IMG/VR virus record: IMGVR_UViG_3300036770_007283
Source of the DNA: a virus
Taxonomy: Duplodnaviria; Caudoviricetes
Reading direction: 5' to 3' (one strand)
Length of the DNA stretch: 64,000 bases
Both the position numbers and the translations under genes were made by a program. A model generated the notes under the pieces. The model saw nothing but the letters and a program-made list of their open reading frames with translations. It was not told the DNA's origin and did no database searches. Shown here in pieces: positions 58,168 to 64,000 of this stretch; the stretch's first letter is position 1; the number at the start of each line of letters is the position of its first letter.

Positions 58168-58806
58168 TTATGTCTCATAAACGTTTGTATAAACCTCCTT
58201 CATTTTGTTCTGTAAGGAGGCGTTATTTAATACAGCAGCCCTCATTGGATTGGAACCGGCAAAGGGATCCGCACAAATTTCATTATTTTCCGCACCTAAT
58301 AGCAATATATCTTCCCAAATTTGGTAAGGCTTTGGTGAAGTACCTGTTGGGGAATAGTTGATGGATGGAATGGCATCTGAAATAGTAGGTTTTTTATAAT
58401 TAAAAATATTGCTTCTGGATTTAACATAAACTTTTGGATTACCCTTTGAAGCATAAACAATATACTCTGCTTGGTTTCTCCAGTGATAACCACCACCAAA
58501 ATGTTGTTTGTCCCAGATTAGAATATTTAAAAATTTAAAACCGGCACCTTCGACAGAGGCCAGGGTATTAAATAATCCATCTCGATTACAAAAGATATAA
58601 GCTCGACCACCCTCCACCGTCTTATTATACATCTTCTTGATTACATCATCAATTTTATTCCAAGTAAATCTTTTGTACATTCCATTATATCTTCCCGTAC
58701 CATTCTGTGAAGAAAATGGATAAGGTGGATCAGTAATCCAAATATCAATATTTTCTTTTAATTGATTAAACCAATCATCAATATCTAGATTGTCAACATG
58801 AATCAT
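58168..58806 (-). CDS. DNA methyltransferase (N6/N4)
   Basis: ITDPPY catalytic motif, DPFAGS SAM motif. Confidence 0.8.
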   Translation of the reverse strand: MIHVDNLDIDDWFNQLKENIDIWITDPPYPFSSQNGTGRYNGMYKRFTWNKIDDVIKKMYNKTVEGGRAYIFCNRDGLFNTLASVEGAGFKFLNILIWDKQHFGGGYHWRNQAEYIVYASKGNPKVYVKSRSNIFNYKKPTISDAIPSINYSPTGTSPKPYQIWEDILLLGAENNEICADPFAGSNPMRAAVLNNASLQNKMKEVYTNVYET

Positions 58807-59136
58807 TTAAATCTCCAATGGCTTTTCAATTTTTGCAGGACCATCCATCTTAGACTCTTTAGTCTTAGCCTTGGCTCGCTCTTGCTGGTCTCGAATTGCC
58901 CTACGCTTTCCAATAACTGTATTTGTGGCCAAATCAACTTGCTCTCGGTCTAAGCCCATTGCAAAAAACCAAAAGGCTGCTCTCTTACCTTCTGATAGAC
59001 CTTCTTCTAATTTTTCGATTTGTTCCTTCATGTTTTGAATAGCAATCATATCTCGCAGTAAGCCTTCTGCTACTGAAAGCAATTCTTCATCCTTAATATC
59101 ATTAATTAAATCCTGAAATTCCGTTAGAGAACTCAT
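58807..59136 (-). CDS. hypothetical protein
   Basis: AGGAGG SD, 109 aa. Confidence 0.6.
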   Translation of the reverse strand: MSSLTEFQDLINDIKDEELLSVAEGLLRDMIAIQNMKEQIEKLEEGLSEGKRAAFWFFAMGLDREQVDLATNTVIGKRRAIRDQQERAKAKTKESKMDGPAKIEKPLEI

Positions 59137-59187
59137 CGTGCCTCCTTTTCGACTAATATTTTGTTTTTCTGTAGTTAGGGGTATTTC

Positions 59188-60357
59188 ATGAAATATTTAA
59201 ACAACAATTATGAAATTGAAGATTATTTTTATAAAAATTTTTATAAAAAGGCATCGCAAGATACCGCAGCATGGGAAAACTTACAGGAAAAAATAAGCAA
59301 CATACCTGTCAATAAAAACGTTTCCGCCCTAGCAAAACAATCCGCGGAACAAGCTCAGGTTTTAAAAAGCAGTCTGTCTAAAGCTGATGAGGGCGGGCTT
59401 ATGGAGTTGGGTAGTGAATTTATATCAGACTCCATTAGCTTTATCATTAAGTATACCGGTATTGATGTTGGATTACAATCTACTTGGGAATCTATAAAAT
59501 CTACAGTAATGGGTTTTATTGAATATATAAAAGAAGTTATTGAGAGATATACACCCATAAAGATGGGTAATCAATATATTTTTCCAGATGAGGCTTTGAT
59601 TAAGGAAGCAAGCACCTATAGCTTTTTCTCTGATCTAGGGAAACTTTTTACTAAGTACGGTGGGAAAAGATTACTAACTGCAATCCCCTATCTTGGTTAT
59701 GTTTTCCAAGCTTTTTTTGCCTTCAGAAGCTTGTATGCCATATATGCCGCTTATAAGGCCGCACTACCTTATATAGAAGAATTAGGAATTCCTTGGATGG
59801 ATACTTTGCAGCCAACTGCAACCACCTTAAACAATAAATTTGAAGAATATAAAGACGATCCGGTTAAGTTAGAAAAACTACTTACAATATGTGAGACTGC
59901 CAGAATTTTCATAACAGAAGGATTCTTCTTAGCTGCCGTTACACTAGATACCATAAAGGATTTGGTTTTTGACTTTATTATTCAGCCCGGTTCAGCCTTA
60001 TCTGGATTCTTCTTAGTTGTTGTACTTGGTGCTGCAATTGCAATTAATATGGCAATAGCTTTAGCAATTTATGTTGCACTTGCAGAAGCAGGCGATGCTT
60101 ATGCAGCAGGTGTTGTTGGAGTTAGAGAAAAAATAATACAACGCACTAAGGAAATTTTAGAACCTCCTGCACCAGAAGCACCAGAAGCATCGGCTGGAGG
60201 TACCGAAACTAGAAATTATGATCCAAGCAACCCTGATGATATTGAAGCTTATTTTCGTGATAATGCACCTAAGCCACTACCAAGCTCTGATAGTAATGAT
60301 CTGTTACTTCAGGATATTACAGAAGATTCTATTGCTAATTATTTTGGCGTAAGATAA
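59188..60357 (+). CDS. hypothetical membrane protein, the only substantial plus-strand gene
   Basis: 389 aa, long hydrophobic stretch, own terminator. Confidence 0.75.
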   Translation: MKYLNNNYEIEDYFYKNFYKKASQDTAAWENLQEKISNIPVNKNVSALAKQSAEQAQVLKSSLSKADEGGLMELGSEFISDSISFIIKYTGIDVGLQSTWESIKSTVMGFIEYIKEVIERYTPIKMGNQYIFPDEALIKEASTYSFFSDLGKLFTKYGGKRLLTAIPYLGYVFQAFFAFRSLYAIYAAYKAALPYIEELGIPWMDTLQPTATTLNNKFEEYKDDPVKLEKLLTICETARIFITEGFFLAAVTLDTIKDLVFDFIIQPGSALSGFFLVVVLGAAIAINMAIALAIYVALAEAGDAYAAGVVGVREKIIQRTKEILEPPAPEAPEASAGGTETRNYDPSNPDDIEAYFRDNAPKPLPSSDSNDLLLQDITEDSIANYFGVR

Positions 60358-60365
60358 AGGATTGT

Positions 60366-60395
60366 TATAGGCCGTATTTTTACACACGGCCTATA
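60366..60395. terminator. hairpin between convergent genes
   Basis: TATAGGCCGT/ACGGCCTATA stem. Confidence 0.7.
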
Positions 60396-60400
60396 TTAGA

Positions 60401-60526
60401 TTAATTAATTTCCTTAATCTTATTAACTCGATGCCACCAATCTAGCCATGATCGCTCCCAATCTTGTTGAGAAACCATGATCTGACGACCATTGTGATAC
60501 AAAAAATAAAATACTTGATTTTCCAT
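60401..60526 (-). CDS. 41-aa Trp-rich small protein (not in the ORF track)
   Basis: AAGGAG SD; MENQVFYFLYHNGRQIMVSQQDWERSWLDWWHRVNKIKEIN*. Confidence 0.6.
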   Translation of the reverse strand: MENQVFYFLYHNGRQIMVSQQDWERSWLDWWHRVNKIKEIN

Positions 60527-60536
60527 TTTCACTCCT

Positions 60537-60899
60537 TTAAATTAAGGCATAACATTTCTTGTTATCCATATAAACTTTCTTAGCATTATAAAATGGCGTT
60601 CCTGAATTGTCTACAAAGGTGGAGCTTTTATAAGGATTATAATGTAATTCCACCCAGGTATTTGGAACTAAAAAGTCTAGCTTATCATGGATGATTAAAC
60701 TTTTACATCTAACAAAAGCGTGTACATTCTTTCTCTTTGTTTCGAGAACCCTCCTTCTTCCGCCTGGTTGAACTACTAACTGACAATCTTCTGCCAGAAT
60801 CTTTAGAGGATGTAAAATCACCCTGCCTTTGTCTTTAACACTCCAGCAACCCAGGTGCAGATTCCAATAAATATCTAATTTTGAACCTTTGGAACCCAA
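60537..60899 (-). CDS. conserved hypothetical phage protein
   Basis: YWNLH..CWSVK...GRRRVLETKRKNVHAFV. Confidence 0.65.
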   Translation of the reverse strand: MGSKGSKLDIYWNLHLGCWSVKDKGRVILHPLKILAEDCQLVVQPGGRRRVLETKRKNVHAFVRCKSLIIHDKLDFLVPNTWVELHYNPYKSSTFVDNSGTPFYNAKKVYMDNKKCYALI

Positions 60900-61702
60900 T
60901 GTGTTGTCCTCCCATCCTCTGTTTCTTCACGAATTACCTTATTACCTAGAGGATCTGTTTCTTGACCATAAACCATAAATCGACTCGTAAAATTGCCGAC
61001 CTCACCATTGAAATCCTGATAGGTTCGGAAGGTGGAGCCACCAGTTCTATAACTCTCCCGAATTATACATGAAACTGCTTTATTTAGTGTGTTGATTTCC
61101 AAGTCTGATAGACTAGACATTTTTCTATGTGGTGATATCTTGGCTAGATATAATGCCTCTGCTTTAATATAATTGCCTACCCCAGATAAAATAGACTGAT
61201 CCATTAAAAACTCTGGAAGGGTTTTCTTTCCATGTTTTTTAACCTTGGATCTAAAATCCAAATCTGAAACATCTTCTACTAACACATCTGGCCCTAGTGA
61301 TTTAAGCTTTGCATTTAATTCTTTTTTAGAATTAACAAACTTAATAGTTCCAAAGTTTCTAATGTCTTTAAAGTGAACTGTATAACCATCATCGAAAGTT
61401 AATGAAAGCCTAAGATGTGTAGCATCCGGGTCTGTAACAGCTGATTCTTTTTTTAGCCAAGAACCCGACATACCTAGCGTATTCCAAATGTTCCATTCGC
61501 TATCTGTAAGAAAATAAATAAACTTACCCTTGCATTTAATCTCTTCTATCTTTAGGGGTAAGGCTTTTTCAAAGTTAGCTAAGCCTTCTGGCGGTTTTTT
61601 AAGATATCGACCGCTCAGAACTTGAATCTGAGTTAAGGTTTTCCCCACCAGAACCTTCGACATTTGATCCACAATCTTCTTTACTTCCGGTCCCTCTGGC
61701 AT
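60875..61702 (-). CDS. Fpg/Nei-family DNA glycosylase (Nei-type, zincless finger)
   Basis: MPEGPEV, KGKFI, LGMSG, DIRNFG, LSGVGNYIKAEAL; C-terminal DPLG...GRTTHW without Cys. Confidence 0.9.
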   Translation of the reverse strand: MPEGPEVKKIVDQMSKVLVGKTLTQIQVLSGRYLKKPPEGLANFEKALPLKIEEIKCKGKFIYFLTDSEWNIWNTLGMSGSWLKKESAVTDPDATHLRLSLTFDDGYTVHFKDIRNFGTIKFVNSKKELNAKLKSLGPDVLVEDVSDLDFRSKVKKHGKKTLPEFLMDQSILSGVGNYIKAEALYLAKISPHRKMSSLSDLEINTLNKAVSCIIRESYRTGGSTFRTYQDFNGEVGNFTSRFMVYGQETDPLGNKVIREETEDGRTTHWVPKVQN

Positions 61703-62048
61703 CTTTACCTCCAACCCAACTCGGCATTTCAAAGTTTTTGAAGATTTTCCAACTATCTCTTACTTTAACAGCAGTTATTTCCGTACATTCCTGCTTGTCA
61801 TAAAAAGCATATACAATTTTTGTAAACCCTGCCTCAGAAACCTTTGCTTCTATAAGATTAATGGTGCCAATACCCCGATAGAAACCAACCGGCAGTTCTT
61901 CTAAAGAAATAACATCCCAGCCTTTTTGTGGATGTGGCACCAAAACATTATTTTTATCTAAGCATAGAATGTGTTTATGACTCACATAGTTTTGTCCTGG
62001 CTTCCAACAGAAAATAGTTTCGCCAGGATTAGGCTTAGAATATTCCAT
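61599..62048 (-). CDS. hypothetical protein
   Basis: 149-aa ORF; 3' end overlaps the glycosylase start. Confidence 0.55.
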   Translation of the reverse strand: MEYSKPNPGETIFCWKPGQNYVSHKHILCLDKNNVLVPHPQKGWDVISLEELPVGFYRGIGTINLIEAKVSEAGFTKIVYAFYDKQECTEITAVKVRDSWKIFKNFEMPSWVGGKDARGTGSKEDCGSNVEGSGGENLNSDSSSERSIS

Positions 62049-62752
62049 CAGGGAATGACAATTCCAAAACGATATGTTAGTGGTGTGTCTAGATTCCAGT
62101 TGTCTGCTGCCGCAACCTTAAGGATTGCAGTAACACGCTCTGCGGATCTTTGAACTAGAGGATTTGGATAAGCTTTTAGCCAAGAATATCTAGCATTCAG
62201 AAATGCTTTTGCCCAAGCCTTCTCTTCACCGCCAGTAGCAGGGGGACGCTCTGGAAATACTTTTCTGAGTGAATCAATACGACCGGGTCCAGAGTGAATA
62301 GAAGTATCATACAAAGCCAGATAGGTAAATGGCAAAGTTAACTTCATGGCAGTCCCTCTCTGAAGAACAGGAACCCAATATAACTCTTCAAAAACCTGGT
62401 CTTGTGCTTGTTGCATTAAAGGATCTTTTCCAGCCAAAGATAGAAGCTGCATTAATTCTTTAACTTCTGCAGGAGGATTTTTCGGGTCCACCTTGGAAGA
62501 GAAATTGGCAGTTAACTTTGGCAGAAACTTATCAAACTTATCAGAATGTGCCCCGCCAAGATCTAAATAGCGCATTACAATAGCATCTAAGGAGCCGCTT
62601 CTGTCAGTAGACTGATGTTTGCCATAAGAAATTCCTGCACCATCTGCTAGAACTGTAACAGTGGAATAAGCAGTAGGCGAAGGAAGCTTGCCAGTCTCGT
62701 TAATAGATAAGACGGAATCAATAACCCTTTTTTGTGTGGCACTAAGTTGCAT
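62048..62752 (-). CDS. GH46 chitosanase-like/lysozyme-fold hydrolase (candidate lysin)
   Basis: start MQLSATQ (AAGGAG SD); INETG, DGAGISYGKHQ, LYDTSIHSG. Confidence 0.7.
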   Translation of the reverse strand: MQLSATQKRVIDSVLSINETGKLPSPTAYSTVTVLADGAGISYGKHQSTDRSGSLDAIVMRYLDLGGAHSDKFDKFLPKLTANFSSKVDPKNPPAEVKELMQLLSLAGKDPLMQQAQDQVFEELYWVPVLQRGTAMKLTLPFTYLALYDTSIHSGPGRIDSLRKVFPERPPATGGEEKAWAKAFLNARYSWLKAYPNPLVQRSAERVTAILKVAAADNWNLDTPLTYRFGIVIP

Positions 62753-62762
62753 TAAAAACTCC

Positions 62763-63494
62763 TTATTTTCCAGCAGAATTAGATGTATAGGTAATTCTTG
62801 CGCCATATAATTTTGTGTTTCCAACCGAGTCATCTGTGATCGATACTTGGATCACATAACTGTAATCTTCATAGTCTATCGTTACATTTGTTCCCAAGAC
62901 AATCTCTGCATATTCAACCGTTCCTACTATATTGAAAACACCACCACCACCAACGGAAGTAAAGGCACCAGTTGTATTATTAATCTTTCCAATGGCTACG
63001 CTAAACACATCGCCGGTATCTGACCTCTCATAAGTAAGTCCTACAGTAGAAATAACAGAGCCATCTGGAAGATCTGTAATCGGTGCCCAAACCTTTCTAG
63101 TTGTAGTGGAACGAATTTGTAAGTAAGGTGGATCTTCGATCCTAAATGAAGTGGCACCATATTCTGGCACAAAAGCAACAGCAGGATAGCTTTTATATCT
63201 AGTAACTGCATCGCCAGGTGAAATAACCGTAGGAATTCTTTCAAAGTTAAGCGCCTGTCCTCCGATCAAAACACCTTGTGCTTCGATGGTGATTGCACTA
63301 TAAGCTAGAATATCTATCTCACCACTAGGGTTGACAGCATTAATTTCTAAAGTAGAATCTGTGCTAATTAACTCAGTCTTAACTTCAGGTGAGGTGACCA
63401 AATCAGAAACTGATAAATTATCTTTAATATTTACAGTTTTAGTATCACCTACCACCTCTAGCGTGTGATCATCTGAATATCTATCCTTTGCCAT
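62763..63494 (-). CDS. beta-rich hypothetical protein, probably structural
   Basis: 243 aa, composition only. Confidence 0.55.
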   Translation of the reverse strand: MAKDRYSDDHTLEVVGDTKTVNIKDNLSVSDLVTSPEVKTELISTDSTLEINAVNPSGEIDILAYSAITIEAQGVLIGGQALNFERIPTVISPGDAVTRYKSYPAVAFVPEYGATSFRIEDPPYLQIRSTTTRKVWAPITDLPDGSVISTVGLTYERSDTGDVFSVAIGKINNTTGAFTSVGGGGVFNIVGTVEYAEIVLGTNVTIDYEDYSYVIQVSITDDSVGNTKLYGARITYTSNSAGK

Positions 63495-63508
63495 TCATTC
63501 TCCTGGGA

Positions 63509-63772
63509 TTAAAAAATCTCTCCTTTATATTTAATATTAGCATTATATCCCTCAGGAAAGATTTTAACTGACAAGTTGTTTCCCCAACATTGTCTTGCAT
63601 CAAAGATCACTTGCGCAATCTTTTGATAAGAACCGCCAAGATTCCTAACCCACTCTACGCCATTAAAAAGATCTGCTGTCCAAAGACAGCTGTTTTTAGG
63701 ATCCAAGCTAACACAAATCCAGTTCTTCATTTTAACTCCTATTTGCATATTGACGGCAATATTCATTAACAA
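63509..63772 (-). CDS. hypothetical protein
   Basis: 87-aa ORF. Confidence 0.5.
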   Translation of the reverse strand: MLMNIAVNMQIGVKMKNWICVSLDPKNSCLWTADLFNGVEWVRNLGGSYQKIAQVIFDARQCWGNNLSVKIFPEGYNANIKYKGEIF

Positions 63773-64000
63773 AGGCAGTTCCAGTCTGACTTGTATTTAG
63801 ACAAAAGCCTAAACCCCACATCGGGATATGAATCTTGTCAGAATTCAAAAGAATCTCTGTTGGAACACCAGACGTCTCGTTTCCTAATACAATACAATTA
63901 TGGGTTTGAAAATCAAAACTATAATCGTAAAGACTTACCGAACCTTCTGTTAGCTCAGCAGAAACCAACTGCCAATTAGATAGTTTAGCTAAAGCTAAAA
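63732..64000 (-). CDS. SpoU/TrmH RNA methyltransferase, C-terminal part (5' end outside the window)
   Basis: frame open to the edge; IVLGNETSGV, IHIPMWG, CLNTSQ. Confidence 0.8.
   Translation of the reverse strand, partial: LALAKLSNWQLVSAELTEGSVSLYDYSFDFQTHNCIVLGNETSGVPTEILLNSDKIHIPMWGLGFCLNTSQTGTAFVNEYCRQYANRS

Noticed and set aside
1-64000. Genome-wide stop-codon reassignment to explain the purA stop
   Set aside because: Genes end normally at TAA, TAG and TGA, and very long ORFs (8 kb) are intact under the standard code.

Overview
AT-rich, gene-dense 64-kb segment with almost every gene on the minus strand. It is most consistent with a large ('jumbo/huge') dsDNA bacteriophage: RecA, SSB, RuvC, SbcCD, DnaE, HU, its own sigma factor, two GroEL, ThyX, PurA, IMPDH, a tail-fibre-like protein and a lysin-like hydrolase, with no rRNA, tRNA or CRISPR seen. 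Main points: (1) dnaE is fractured by a Ser1/Ser+1 split intein whose halves lie about 4.7 kb apart, with six unrelated genes between them (TnpB, TadG-like, DNA MTase, a possible anti-defence sponge, two hypotheticals). (2) IMPDH is also fractured by a split intein, with a free-standing endonuclease between the halves. (3) purA is interrupted at its P-loop by a 12-nt in-frame insert that places a UAA stop in the loop of a 9-bp hairpin between two Gly codons, a candidate ribosomal-bypass element. (4) A recurring promoter-like motif TAATAT-N15-TATA may be read by the phage sigma factor. (5) A family of paralogous, probably virion, proteins shares a leader helix with internal start sites. All family assignments come from motif recognition by eye; no database searches were run.
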